This document shows, one piece after another, positions 1-9,789 of a stretch of DNA of 64,000 bases. A program made the translations under genes and the position numbers. This stretch comes from Actinomycetota bacterium (GTDB lineage: Bacteria > Actinomycetota > AC-67). The stretch spans positions 11,148 to 75,147 of the forward strand of contig DASWIP010000012.1 in assembly GCA_036397635.1 (NCBI GenBank), given 5' to 3'. Under the pieces are notes generated by a model. The model was not told the DNA's origin. It was given only the letters and a program-made list of their open reading frames with translations, and ran no database searches. Position 1 is the stretch's first letter. Each line of letters starts with the position of its first letter.

Positions 1-1
1 G

Positions 2-2080
2 GGCGTCACCATCGACTTCCACGTCGACTACGCGTACAACGAGTTCCAGACCGGAGGCATCGAAGGTGAGCGCGTCGAGAAGGCGACGGCGATGCTTTTC
101 GTGGGGCTCCCGCCGAACGTCGGCTTGGTCGGCGAGGCGTTCAAGAACCTGTCGAGCACGCAGCTCAAGCGTGTCGGCGGCGATCCGACCAACGGCCCGG
201 TCGTTCGCTACGCGACCACGCGCGACACTTTCGTCGAGCACTGGCTGCCGGCGAGGGAGCACGGCCGCGGTCGCATCGAGACGGTCCCGCCGGGTTTCTA
301 CAAGATCCACATCGTGACCGATCACGCCGTCGAGGCGCGCCAGGCACGCGGCGAGGTCGAGTCGATCGGCATGCAGCTCGCCTCGACCGGCCCCGACGCT
401 GCGACCACACCGGGCGCGAACCTGCTCGTAGCCTCGCGGCCGGCGTGCCCGATCACCGCGAGCGGCGCCGGCTCGGGCTGCGTGTCGCGTGACGGAGAGA
501 TCGACCCATCCACCGGGCTGTGCGTCGCGCGCAACGACCAGGCGAGGATCGCGTACCGCTACTACTGCGGCGAGATCGCCTTCGCGGTGCCCTCGGCGGT
601 CGTGTCGCGCGCCGTGCATCACATCGAGCACGACGCCGATCCCGCGCGCAGCGAATGGTCGGTGTGCGACGTCCCGATGCCGCTGGACGGCTCGCCGCTG
701 GACTTCGCACGCATCGTGGATCGCGCCGACGGCTGCGATGAGGGCGCCTCCGCGTCGTCGTGGACCATCGGCACCAAAGCGCCGAGCTGCCTCGGTCCGG
801 GTGAGCGCGCCGGCTTCCCCAACGGTCATCCGACCGACGTGCACGCCACGTTCCGCAGCCTCGTGCCCGGGGGCGCGCCCGGCTCGAGCTTGCCTGCCGC
901 GGTGCTGACCTACGAGTTCGCGCTCCCCTACCTGAACACCTATACGAGCACCGGCCTCGCCTTCTCGTACTCGGTCGACAACGCGATCGTGGGCGTGCGC
1001 TTCCAGACCGGCAACCGCGCCACCGACGACGCCTCCCACGGGCTGCTCGTGCTGGACGACCCGGACGTGGACGTGACGCCGGCGCTGCAGCGATCGTCCT
1101 CGCGCGGATCGATCTTCGAGACCTGGGAGCTGATGTCGGCGAACGCGTCGGTGGCACAGCTATCGCTGATCATCATCCCAACGGCGTGGACCTCGACGAG
1201 CATGAGCCCGACGGCGCCGATCGCAACCGTGGATCTGTGCGACGTGTCGCTGCGGGTGAGCACCTTCGCCAAGCAGGCATGGGGCCAGCCGGTGATCGAG
1301 CAGGGTCGCCCCACCCAGTTCTTCCCCGTGCTCGACCGCGGCCTCGGCGACCAGATCGACCCTGGGACCAAGCGCGTGCGCGCGATCTGGGATCCGCGCG
1401 AGCAGCGCTTCGCCGACCGCGGCACCGAGCCCGAAGCGCTGCACCTCGCGGTGCAGATCCCGAAGGACACGACGCTGGACCGTTCACAGCCGCATCACGT
1501 CCGCTCGCCTCACGGCAACCCCGCCTACCTGACCGCGGCACGGCGCTGGGGCACCGACGCCCGCAGGCACGAGGGCGTGCTGCCCGCCGGATTCGAGACC
1601 TTCGACCCCGGCTACGGGCTGACCTCGCTGCGCTGCTCGGAGGGGCCGGCCGAGATCGGCGCAGGCAACGACCCCGACACGATCGCGGGATGGCAGACCT
1701 GCCGCGCGTGGAACGAGGCGCGCGAGGGCAACGAGGTCGTCGGCGGGCTGTTCGGCGACATCTGGGCGAACGGCCGGTTCGCAGGGATCCTCGCCGTCGA
1801 TCACGCGACCATCGCGCGCGCGGCGGGCAACGTCGCCTTCGAGATCGCCGATGCCGATGACGGCGGCGCGTTCGAGCAGCGCTGGGCAACCACCGGCGAG
1901 GGGCGGTACACGCGCGCGTTCCCGGTGCCGGACTTCTACGACGACCGCGCCGGCGACCTGTCGCTGTCCCTGCTCGGGGGCGCGGTCAGTGTGCGCAAGA
2001 ACGGTAACGGCCAGTACGTGCTGACCGTCGGCGCCGGGACGCCGGGCGGGACGAGCTACACGATCTCGACCGAGCTGTGA
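2..2080 (+). CDS. Large hypothetical protein, 5'-truncated by the window edge (no recognisable family)
   Basis: The frame is open from nt 2 with no stop before the ATG at 92 and continues to the stop at 2080 (ORF track 92..2080 extended upstream). Several Cys residues; likely secreted. No motif recognised. Confidence 0.5.
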   Translation, partial: GVTIDFHVDYAYNEFQTGGIEGERVEKATAMLFVGLPPNVGLVGEAFKNLSSTQLKRVGGDPTNGPVVRYATTRDTFVEHWLPAREHGRGRIETVPPGFYKIHIVTDHAVEARQARGEVESIGMQLASTGPDAATTPGANLLVASRPACPITASGAGSGCVSRDGEIDPSTGLCVARNDQARIAYRYYCGEIAFAVPSAVVSRAVHHIEHDADPARSEWSVCDVPMPLDGSPLDFARIVDRADGCDEGASASSWTIGTKAPSCLGPGERAGFPNGHPTDVHATFRSLVPGGAPGSSLPAAVLTYEFALPYLNTYTSTGLAFSYSVDNAIVGVRFQTGNRATDDASHGLLVLDDPDVDVTPALQRSSSRGSIFETWELMSANASVAQLSLIIIPTAWTSTSMSPTAPIATVDLCDVSLRVSTFAKQAWGQPVIEQGRPTQFFPVLDRGLGDQIDPGTKRVRAIWDPREQRFADRGTEPEALHLAVQIPKDTTLDRSQPHHVRSPHGNPAYLTAARRWGTDARRHEGVLPAGFETFDPGYGLTSLRCSEGPAEIGAGNDPDTIAGWQTCRAWNEAREGNEVVGGLFGDIWANGRFAGILAVDHATIARAAGNVAFEIADADDGGAFEQRWATTGEGRYTRAFPVPDFYDDRAGDLSLSLLGGAVSVRKNGNGQYVLTVGAGTPGGTSYTISTEL

Positions 2081-2096
2081 CGACTACTATGCGCTC

Positions 2097-2510
2097 GTGG
2101 CGCGCCGGATCGACTTCTCGTCGCTGACGCGCACCGAGCGCATCGCGCTCGGTGCGGGGCTCGGGTTGTTCGTCAACGGGTTCGTTCCGTGGTGGTACCG
2201 CGTGCGAACGATAGAGGGCATCGTCCACTACAACGGCGGCCTGACCGACCTCGGGATCGTCGCCGTGTTCGCCGGCGCCGCCGCGGCGATCCTGGTGGGC
2301 GCGCGCGCGAGCATCTGGCCGGACCCGGCCCCTCAGCGCGACGGAACCGTGTACGCGCTGCTCGGCGCGATCGCTTTGGCGAACCTGATCGCTCAGATGC
2401 TTCGGACCCAGGCCGAATGGATGGGCCTGTACGCCTCGATCGCGCTCGCGGCCCTGCTGCTCGCGGCGGGCATCAAGCGGCGCGCGGAACGCCGCGCCGG
2501 CTGGACCTAA
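2097..2510 (+). CDS. Hypothetical small membrane protein (about 4 hydrophobic segments)
   Basis: 137-aa ORF with a GTG start, immediately downstream of the previous gene. Hydrophobic stretches such as ALGAGLGLFVNGF and IALAALLLAAGI. Confidence 0.45.
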   Translation: MARRIDFSSLTRTERIALGAGLGLFVNGFVPWWYRVRTIEGIVHYNGGLTDLGIVAVFAGAAAAILVGARASIWPDPAPQRDGTVYALLGAIALANLIAQMLRTQAEWMGLYASIALAALLLAAGIKRRAERRAGWT

Positions 2511-2547
2511 CGCAGGATTCGCCGGCACCGGCGGCGAAGACAGCGGC

Positions 2548-3963
2548 ATGGAAGCGACTCCCCGGCGCCGCCATCTCCTGATCACACTCGGCCTCGTCGC
2601 CGTCGTCTCCGGCTTGCTGCCAGCGGCCGCGGGCCCGCAGTGGACGATCAGCGGTCGTGTCACCACGCCGGACGGTCAACCCGTGCAGGACGCCTGCGTC
2701 TGGTTCTACCCCCCCGCCGGAGACCGATTCGGCATCGTCCAGACCGACGCCGATGGTCTCTACCGCTTCAGCGGAACGGGCTCGAGGACCTTACGCGTGC
2801 TGTTCCAGGACTGTCGTCTGAGCTTCGGCGTCAAGCGCTTCGTATCCGAATGGTGGAACGACGCCGCCTCCTTCGCTTCTGCCACCGCCATCCGCACCCC
2901 GCAGCTCGATGAGGATGGCGACGATATCTCCGGCATCGACGCGGTGGTCTCCGCCGGCCACGGGATCGCGGGAACGGTTCGAGCAGCCGATAGCGGCGCT
3001 CCTCTGGCGAACGTCTGCGTCGATGTCGCTCCCATCCCGGTTCCGCCGGTCTACGGCCGGCAGGAGTTCCCGATGGAGGCCAAGACCGACAGCCAGGGCA
3101 GGTATCGGGTTGGCGTCCTCAGCCCTGGGGACTATTCGGTCGCGTTCGAGGACTGCAACGCGAACCCGGTGTACCTCAGCGAGGTCTTCGACGGGATACG
3201 GAACGGCTCGCCGACCCCGGTGACCCTCACGAGCAGCCAGGACACGACCGGCATCGATGCGAGCCTGGATCTCGGCGCGATCATCCGCGGAACCCTCCGT
3301 GACACCGCCGCCCAGCCGATCAGCAGCGCATGCGCGACGGCGTACGACGCTGCCGGACGCGAGGTCGATACCGACCGCACATCGAGCCAGGGCATCTTCG
3401 AGCTGACCCGGCTGGACACAGGCACATACCGCGTCGGCTTCATCGACTGCGCGGGGCAGGGTTACATCGGCGAGTTCTACGACGACGCGGCGACGCTGGC
3501 AGGAGCCACACCGATCGCACTCACCGCCGGTCAGGTCCGGACCGGGGTCACGGCCATCCTGGTGCACTGTTCCGACGTGGACGCCGACGCCGACGGGTTG
3601 AGTCTCTGCGACGAGATCAGGCTCGGCTCCGATCCGTTTGATGCGGACACCGACGGCGACGGATTGTCCGACGGGGTGGAGTACCACACGTACGGCACAA
3701 GCCCCGTCGACGCCGACACCGATCACGATCGGCTGGACGACGGTGACGAAGTCACCACCTACGGAGCCGATCCCCTGCGGGTCGACACCGACGGCGATCA
3801 GTTCAGCGACGGCACCGAGGTACACGGCGGCACCTGTGTCGGCGGTGTCACGGTCCCCGGCGGGTCCGATCCGACCAACGCGCTCTCGACCCCACTCCTG
3901 CCCGGCCCCGAGATCGGTCCCGGCGTCGCACTTCCGAGCGCGCCCCTGGTGCTCTGCCGCTAG
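2548..3963 (+). CDS. Secreted protein with carboxypeptidase-regulatory-like (CarbopepD_reg) beta-sandwich repeats and C-terminal thrombospondin type-3-like Ca-binding Asp repeats
   Basis: N-terminal signal peptide (LLITLGLVAVVSGLLPAAAG). Repeated 'GxVxxxxGxPlxxaxV...DGxYRf' modules. C-terminal run DADADGLSLCDE / DADTDGDGLSDGVE / DADTDHDRLDDGDE / DTDGDQFSDGTE, which matches the DxDxDGxxDxxE pattern. Confidence 0.7.
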   Translation: MEATPRRRHLLITLGLVAVVSGLLPAAAGPQWTISGRVTTPDGQPVQDACVWFYPPAGDRFGIVQTDADGLYRFSGTGSRTLRVLFQDCRLSFGVKRFVSEWWNDAASFASATAIRTPQLDEDGDDISGIDAVVSAGHGIAGTVRAADSGAPLANVCVDVAPIPVPPVYGRQEFPMEAKTDSQGRYRVGVLSPGDYSVAFEDCNANPVYLSEVFDGIRNGSPTPVTLTSSQDTTGIDASLDLGAIIRGTLRDTAAQPISSACATAYDAAGREVDTDRTSSQGIFELTRLDTGTYRVGFIDCAGQGYIGEFYDDAATLAGATPIALTAGQVRTGVTAILVHCSDVDADADGLSLCDEIRLGSDPFDADTDGDGLSDGVEYHTYGTSPVDADTDHDRLDDGDEVTTYGADPLRVDTDGDQFSDGTEVHGGTCVGGVTVPGGSDPTNALSTPLLPGPEIGPGVALPSAPLVLCR

Positions 3964-3967
3964 ACGA

Positions 3968-5557
3968 TCAGGGATAGATCGAAGCGGCGATCCCGTCCTG
4001 TCCGTTGGACGAGCCGCCCGCGGGACTGACACCGCCGGCGCCGCCGGAACCGTGCGTGGGCGGCGGTGAGTCGACGAGCGTCAGCGTCGAGCCCGGATCG
4101 CGGTAGGAGCCGACGCTCGGGCCTCCGGCACCGGCGCCACCGGCACCACCGTTACCGCCCTTGCCGCCTGCGCCGCCGTTGCCCCCGCGCCCGACCGCTT
4201 CGAGGCAGGCGCTGGCGCCGAACCCGCCGCCGCCGCCTGCGCCGCCGATCGTGCCCGGGCTACCATCCCCGCCACGCCCGCCCGCCGACGCTGCGATCGT
4301 GGTGCCCGCAACCGCCTCGACCGTCGAGCTGCGCAGGAACAGGCCGAACGAACCCCCGCCCGCAGGCCCACCGCTGCCGGCGCTGCCGCCCAGACCACCA
4401 GCGCCGCCGCCGCCGCCGCCGTTGCCGGTGCCGTCGATGAGGAACCACGCGGTCTGGCCACCACCGCCGCCGCCACCGCCGCCGCCGGCGCCGTGCGCAC
4501 CAGCAGTCCCCGTCGTGCCGGACCGACCGGTCCAGTGATCCCCCAGAGACTGAGGCGTGGACGCGCCGCCCGCGCCGTGTGTGCCGTCGGGACCCGGGAC
4601 TCCGGACCCGCCGTTGGTGCCGGGCTGACCGGTGGTTCCGGCCGCGCCGCCGAAGCCGCCCGCCCCGCCTCCAGGTCCGGAGCCGGCAGAACCGTTCGTG
4701 CCGCTGGCCGCGTACCGACCGCTCCCCCCGTTGCCGCCCCAGCGGCCGACAGCAGACGCGCCTCCCGGTCCCCCAGGTGCGCTCACATCGTTGTCACAGG
4801 CACCGGGCGCACCGTTGCCGCCCGACGCGGATGGACCCAGGACGACGCCAGGACCCGTGATCCCGTAGTTCCTTCCCGGCCCGGCCTCCACCGCGACGCG
4901 CTCGAGCCGCAGCGACGAGAAGAGCGCGCGCAAGCCGTACGCGTTCGGTGTGGATGCCGTGGGGCTCACTTCTCCTCGGAGGGCGAGCAGCTGCAGCACC
5001 ACCCCGTTGACCCCATCCGCGAGCAGCGCTTGCGGACGCCCGATGATCCGCGTGACGTTGGACGTCGCGCGGCTCCAGCCGGATCCGGCATAACCGCCGT
5101 AGATGCCGACGCCGGTGGCCGGCATCAGACCGGTCCCTTCGTCGTAGTCGCCCGAGGCGACGTACACGTCCTTCTGTTGTGATTGAGCAGCGCTCACCGC
5201 CGCCTGCACAGTTCGCTTCGGCGCGTCGATGGTCCCGGCCGCGCCGTCGTTGCCGGAGGTCGAGACGAAGATCGCGCGCGTGGGATCACCGTCGATGCCG
5301 TCGCAGTTCGCGTCCACGAGCGCCAGGTCGGGATCGTCGTCCGCGCCTGGGTTGATGGCCGGGTCCGCGTCGTTGCAGTCACCCTCGCCGGGCGTGAAGC
5401 CGTCCCCGTCCGAATCGCAGTCCAGGACGCCGCTCAGGCCAGCCTGCGCGAGCACCGCGCACAGCAGGGCCTTCGCATCATCGACAGGGTCGGCGGCTCC
5501 CGGCAGAGCCCCTCCGACCAGCGCGACCACGGCAACCAACAAGACGATCTTTCGCAC
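3968..5557 (-). CDS. Secreted Gly-rich protein with an N-terminal Cys/Asp MopE-like putative metal-binding motif
   Basis: GTG start at 5557 with SD GGAGGGGG. Signal peptide MRKIVLLVAVVALVGGALPGAA. DCDSDGDGF...GDCNDADPAINPGADDD...DANCDGIDGD motif, then long GGxGG/GGNGG tracts including GAGGGGGGGGGGQ. Confidence 0.7.
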   Translation of the reverse strand: MRKIVLLVAVVALVGGALPGAADPVDDAKALLCAVLAQAGLSGVLDCDSDGDGFTPGEGDCNDADPAINPGADDDPDLALVDANCDGIDGDPTRAIFVSTSGNDGAAGTIDAPKRTVQAAVSAAQSQQKDVYVASGDYDEGTGLMPATGVGIYGGYAGSGWSRATSNVTRIIGRPQALLADGVNGVVLQLLALRGEVSPTASTPNAYGLRALFSSLRLERVAVEAGPGRNYGITGPGVVLGPSASGGNGAPGACDNDVSAPGGPGGASAVGRWGGNGGSGRYAASGTNGSAGSGPGGGAGGFGGAAGTTGQPGTNGGSGVPGPDGTHGAGGASTPQSLGDHWTGRSGTTGTAGAHGAGGGGGGGGGGQTAWFLIDGTGNGGGGGGAGGLGGSAGSGGPAGGGSFGLFLRSSTVEAVAGTTIAASAGGRGGDGSPGTIGGAGGGGGFGASACLEAVGRGGNGGAGGKGGNGGAGGAGAGGPSVGSYRDPGSTLTLVDSPPPTHGSGGAGGVSPAGGSSNGQDGIAASIYP

Positions 5558-5816
5558 GACGAACCCCCTCCATCCCTTATGGAGGTCTTCGCCGGGGGCG
5601 ACGCGGTTCCTGCAATCCAGCGCCAGGAGCGAACCCCCTGACTGAAGCCGTTTGTGCCTCGCCCCTTAGTCACCCCTGGCTGACCGGCTCCTCCGGTTCC
5701 TCTCGTTCGGCGCAAGGCTCGTTGACCTTAGCGCCCCGAACCCGATCGCCACTCCCGGCCCGCGGGGGCACCCCTTCGCGCCGGTGCCGCAGAGCGCGCC
5801 GCGCGACAGGACCGTG

Positions 5817-6692
5817 TCAGCCCAGCGACTTCACGGCAAGCTCCGCAGTCTCGGTCGGCGTCGTGCCGACCCGGATCCCGCGCGCCTCCAGCGCCTCACT
5901 CTTCGCCGCCGCCGTGCCCTTCGACCCGCTGACGATCGCCCCCGCGTGGCCCATCCGCTTGCCCTCGGGCGCGGTGAACCCCGCGATGTACGCGGTGACC
6001 GGCTTCGTCACCGACGACGCGATATACGAAGCCGCGCGCTCCTCCTCGTCGCCGCCGATCTCGCCGATCATCACGATCGCCTCAGTCGCGGGATCATCCT
6101 GGAACCGCGCGATGATGTCGATGAAGTTCGAACCGACGATCGGATCGCCGCCGATGCCCACGCAGGTGGTCTGCCCGATCCCGGCGGTGAACATCTCGTA
6201 CATCACCTGATACGTCAACGTACCCGAACGCGACACCAACCCGATCGGCCCCGGCCCGGTGATCTCCCCCGGGATGATGCCCATGTTCGCAAGACCCGGC
6301 GAGATCAGCCCCGGACAGTTCGGCCCGATCAACGTCACGCCGCGCGCGCGCACGAACGGATACACCTCGGCCATGTCACGTGCGGGGATGCCCTCGGTGA
6401 TGCACACCACCAGCGAGCAGCCCGCGTCCACGGACTCGATGATCGCATCGGCAGCGAAGCGCGCCGGCACGAAGATCAGCGACGCGTTGGCACCTTCCGA
6501 CGACACCGCCTCGACGACCGTGTCGAACACAGGCACGCGGTCGTCGATCGCGCGCTGCCCCCCCTTGCCCGGCGTCACGCCGGCGACCACGTTGGAGCCG
6601 TACTCCAGGTTGCGCCGTGAATGGAACGTGCCCTCGGACCCGGTGATCCCCTGCACGACGACGCGCGTGGACCGATCGAGCAGGATGCTCAC
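5817..6692 (-). CDS. sucD: Succinyl-CoA synthetase alpha subunit
   Basis: 291-aa ORF (MSILLDRSTRVVVQGITGSEG...). GTG start overlaps the sucC TGA stop (GTGA); SD AGGAGG. Confidence 0.93.
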   Translation of the reverse strand: MSILLDRSTRVVVQGITGSEGTFHSRRNLEYGSNVVAGVTPGKGGQRAIDDRVPVFDTVVEAVSSEGANASLIFVPARFAADAIIESVDAGCSLVVCITEGIPARDMAEVYPFVRARGVTLIGPNCPGLISPGLANMGIIPGEITGPGPIGLVSRSGTLTYQVMYEMFTAGIGQTTCVGIGGDPIVGSNFIDIIARFQDDPATEAIVMIGEIGGDEEERAASYIASSVTKPVTAYIAGFTAPEGKRMGHAGAIVSGSKGTAAAKSEALEARGIRVGTTPTETAELAVKSLG

Positions 6693-7852
6693 GACGCCTT
6701 CCTCCTCTTCGCCAGCTCGACGGCCTTCTGCGCCGCCTCGTTCATGGTTTCGGCCGGATGCACACCCGCGACGCCCGCAGCGCGCAGGATGTCACGCCCC
6801 TCTGAAGCGTTCGTCCCGTCCAGCCGCACAACGATCGGGACCTTGGCGCCGCCGAGCTGCTCGACCGCTGCCAGGATCCCGCGCGCAACCTCGTCGCATC
6901 GGGTGATCCCGCCGAAGATGTTGACGAGCAGCGCGCGCACCTTCCGCGAGGACAGGATCACCGAGATCCCGTTCGCCATCACCTCAGCGTTCGCGCCCCC
7001 GCCGATGTCCAGGAAGTTCGCCGGTTTGCCGCCGAAATTGGCGACGACGTCCAGCGTCGACATCGTGAGCCCCGCACCGTTGCCGATGATGCCGACGTTG
7101 CCGTCAAGGCCGACGAAGTTGCCGACGCCCTTCTCTTTGGCGAGGCGCTCTTGCTTCGGCAGCGCGCGCAGGTCCACGAGCTTCTCGAACTCGGGGTGCC
7201 GGAACAGCGCGTTCTCATCCAGCGACACCTTCGCGTCAAGCGCGATCGCCTCGCCTTGATCGGTCACGATCAGCGGGTTCACCTCGACCAGCGAAGCGTC
7301 CGACCCGACGAAGCAGGCGTAGAGCTGCTCGACCAACGCGCCCACCGCGCGGTGATGCGCGGAAGGGATCCTGCCCCCGAACAGCATCCGCCGCACATGC
7401 GACCCGCGAAGCCCCACGAGCGGGTCGATGTGGACGCGCGCGAGGTACTCGGGCTCCGAGGCGGCGACCTCCTCGATATCCATGCCGCCCTTCACCGAGC
7501 ACATCCCCAGGTACGCCTTCGCGCCGCGGTCCAGCATGAACGACACGTAGTACTCGGCCGCGATCGCCTTGTCGGCGCGCTCGACCAGCACCTCGCGGAC
7601 CTTGTGACCCTTGATGTCCATGCCCAGGATCTCGCCCGCGCGCGCCTCCGCCTCGGCCGGATCGGGGGCGAGCTTCACCCCGCCGGCCTTCCCGCGCCCG
7701 CCCACGCGCGCCTGCGCCTTGACCACCACGCGCGTGCCGAGCTTCTCGGCCACCTTGCGCGCCGCAGCCGCGCCGCGCGCGGGCTTCCCCTCGGGAACCG
7801 GCACGCCGAACGAGGCGAAGATCTTCTTGCCTTGATGCTCGAGCAGATCCAT
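6689..7852 (-). CDS. sucC: Succinyl-CoA synthetase beta subunit
   Basis: The conserved protein starts at [20 protein letters not shown] (aa 161 of the 6689..8332 track ORF). The ATG at 7852 overlaps the TGA of the upstream B12-domain gene. Confidence 0.92.
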   Translation of the reverse strand: MDLLEHQGKKIFASFGVPVPEGKPARGAAAARKVAEKLGTRVVVKAQARVGGRGKAGGVKLAPDPAEAEARAGEILGMDIKGHKVREVLVERADKAIAAEYYVSFMLDRGAKAYLGMCSVKGGMDIEEVAASEPEYLARVHIDPLVGLRGSHVRRMLFGGRIPSAHHRAVGALVEQLYACFVGSDASLVEVNPLIVTDQGEAIALDAKVSLDENALFRHPEFEKLVDLRALPKQERLAKEKGVGNFVGLDGNVGIIGNGAGLTMSTLDVVANFGGKPANFLDIGGGANAEVMANGISVILSSRKVRALLVNIFGGITRCDEVARGILAAVEQLGGAKVPIVVRLDGTNASEGRDILRAAGVAGVHPAETMNEAAQKAVELAKRRKAS

Positions 7853-8256
7853 CAGGTTTTGCTCCCCAATCGGTCGTTGAGCCACTCGACGATGGCGGTG
7901 GTGGTCGCGCCCGGCGTGAAGATCTCGGCGATGCCGGCTTGTTTCAGCGCGACGATGTCCTCGTTGGGGATGATGCCGCCGCCGAAGACCACCACGTCGC
8001 CGGCGCCTCGCTGCTCGAGCAGCTCGATGATCTTCGGGAACAGCGTCATGTGCGCGCCCGAGTGGATCGAAAGCCCGACCGCGTCGGCGTCTTCCTGGAT
8101 GGTGGTCTCGACGATCTGCTCGGGCGTCTGATGCAGGCCGGTGTAGATGACCTCCATACCGGCGTCGCGCAGCGCGCGCGCGACCACTTTCGCACCACGA
8201 TCGTGACCATCCAGGCCGGGCTTGGCGACGACGACGCGTATCTTGCCCCCGGGCAC
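7852..8256 (-). CDS. Cobalamin (B12)-binding domain protein, methylmalonyl-CoA mutase C-terminal domain/small-subunit type
   Basis: 134-aa [52 protein letters not shown]..., the B12-binding Rossmann-like domain with DxHxxG. GTG start with GGAGG 4 nt upstream. Stop overlaps the sucC start. Confidence 0.85.
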   Translation of the reverse strand: MPGGKIRVVVAKPGLDGHDRGAKVVARALRDAGMEVIYTGLHQTPEQIVETTIQEDADAVGLSIHSGAHMTLFPKIIELLEQRGAGDVVVFGGGIIPNEDIVALKQAGIAEIFTPGATTTAIVEWLNDRLGSKT

Positions 8257-8307
8257 GGAACCTCCGTTTGTCGAGTGGGTATCGCCGGGTGATGATAGGG
8301 GCCGCCG

Positions 8308-9789
8308 ATGAGCAGCCGCAAAGCGGACGCATCTCAGCGCGCGCAGTCCGCGCGCGACCGCCTGGAGGCGATCCTTGACCCCGGGTGGCGCTTGCTGTTC
8401 GAGGATGTCGTCTCGGCCGACCCGCTCGGGTTCCCCGGCTACGGCGAGCAGCTCGCGCGCGCGCGCTCGGGCACCGCCGCGAGCGAGGCGGTGCTCGTCG
8501 CGGACGGCGCGGTCGACGGCTGCGACTGCGTGGCGATCGCCTTCGAGTTCGGCTTCCTCGGCGGCTCGATGGGCGCCGCGACCGGCGAGCGGATCGCGCG
8601 AGCGTTCGAGCTTGCCGCGGACGCGCGCATCCCCGTCTTCGCCTTCATCGCCACCGGCGGCGCGCGGATGCAGGAGGGCATGGCATCGCTCGCGCAGATG
8701 CCGGCGACGATCGTGGCGCGCCGGTTGCTCGCGGAGGCCGACCAGCCTTTCGTCGCCTGGCTCGGCAACCCGACCACCGGCGGCGTATACGCGAGCGTCG
8801 CCTCGCTCGCGGACCTGGTGTGGGCCGAGCCGCGCGCGACGATCGGCTTCGCCGGGCCGCGGGTCGCCGAGGCGATGACCGGCGAGCAGCTCCCCGAGGA
8901 TTCCCATACCGCGGAGGCCGCGCTCGCCGCCGGCCTGATCGATGAGATCGTTCCCCTCGAGCAGCTGCGCGCGCGCTGCACCGACGTGGTCCGCCTGCTC
9001 GACGGACGCGCGATGGGACCGCTGCCCGTCGAGCCGGCCGGACCGACCGACGACGCCGAGCGCGACCCGTGGGAACGCGTTGCGCTCGCGCGCGCCGCCG
9101 CACGCCCCACCGGCACCGACTATCTGCCGCCGGTGCTCGTCCTGCGTCGGGGCGGCACGGGCGACGGCGTCCGGTGCGGCGTCGGCAAGCTCGGCTCGAG
9201 CACCGTCGTGGCGATCGCCCAAGACCGGCGCGCCGGCCACACCACCCCGAGCGGCTACCGGCGCGCGCGTCACGCGATCGGCGTCGCATGCCGCCTCGGC
9301 GTTCCGGTCGTCACCTTCGTCGACACGCCCGGCGCGGATCCGTCCGAAGCCTCGGAGCGCGATGGGATCGCGCGCGAGATCGCGCTGACGCTCGACGCGC
9401 TGCTCGCTGCTCCCGTGCCCACCGTCGCGTGCGTCGTCGGCGAGGGGGGGAGCGGCGGTGCGCTCGCGTTCGCAGCGTGCGACCGCGTGCTGATCCAGAC
9501 CAACGCGATCTTCTCGGTGATCGCACCCGAGGGCGCCGCGAGCATCCTGCGCCGCGACGACGTCGATGAGGTCGCACGCGACCTGCGAGTCACCGCGGCC
9601 GACCTGCTCGCGCTCGACCTCGCCGACGCGATCGTGCCCGAACCCGCCGATGGTGCGACCGCCGATCCCGACGCTGCTCGCGCGCTCGTGTGGCGCGCCG
9701 TCGCGCTCGCGCTCGGCGAAGCCGTCACCGAGGGAGCCCCGACGCCGCGGCGCCCGACGCGTTGGCGCGCGCACGGCAGGACGCTGTGA
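8308..9789 (+). CDS. Fused acetyl/propionyl-CoA carboxylase carboxyltransferase, AccD-like (beta) N-half plus AccA-like (alpha) C-half
   Basis: N-half resembles E. coli AccD ([11 protein letters not shown]..., [15 protein letters not shown]..., IGFAGPRV) but lacks the Zn-ribbon. C-half resembles AccA ([11 protein letters not shown]...[17 protein letters not shown]...[12 protein letters not shown]). Confidence 0.85.
   Translation: MSSRKADASQRAQSARDRLEAILDPGWRLLFEDVVSADPLGFPGYGEQLARARSGTAASEAVLVADGAVDGCDCVAIAFEFGFLGGSMGAATGERIARAFELAADARIPVFAFIATGGARMQEGMASLAQMPATIVARRLLAEADQPFVAWLGNPTTGGVYASVASLADLVWAEPRATIGFAGPRVAEAMTGEQLPEDSHTAEAALAAGLIDEIVPLEQLRARCTDVVRLLDGRAMGPLPVEPAGPTDDAERDPWERVALARAAARPTGTDYLPPVLVLRRGGTGDGVRCGVGKLGSSTVVAIAQDRRAGHTTPSGYRRARHAIGVACRLGVPVVTFVDTPGADPSEASERDGIAREIALTLDALLAAPVPTVACVVGEGGSGGALAFAACDRVLIQTNAIFSVIAPEGAASILRRDDVDEVARDLRVTAADLLALDLADAIVPEPADGATADPDAARALVWRAVALALGEAVTEGAPTPRRPTRWRAHGRTL

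Noticed and set aside
453-1889. Multiple Arg-rich ORFs on both strands (453..1157-, 1173..1889-, 1186..1860+ and others)
   Set aside because: Low-complexity RRR/PRR composition, all nested in or antisense to the long 2..2080 gene. These are high-GC frame artefacts.
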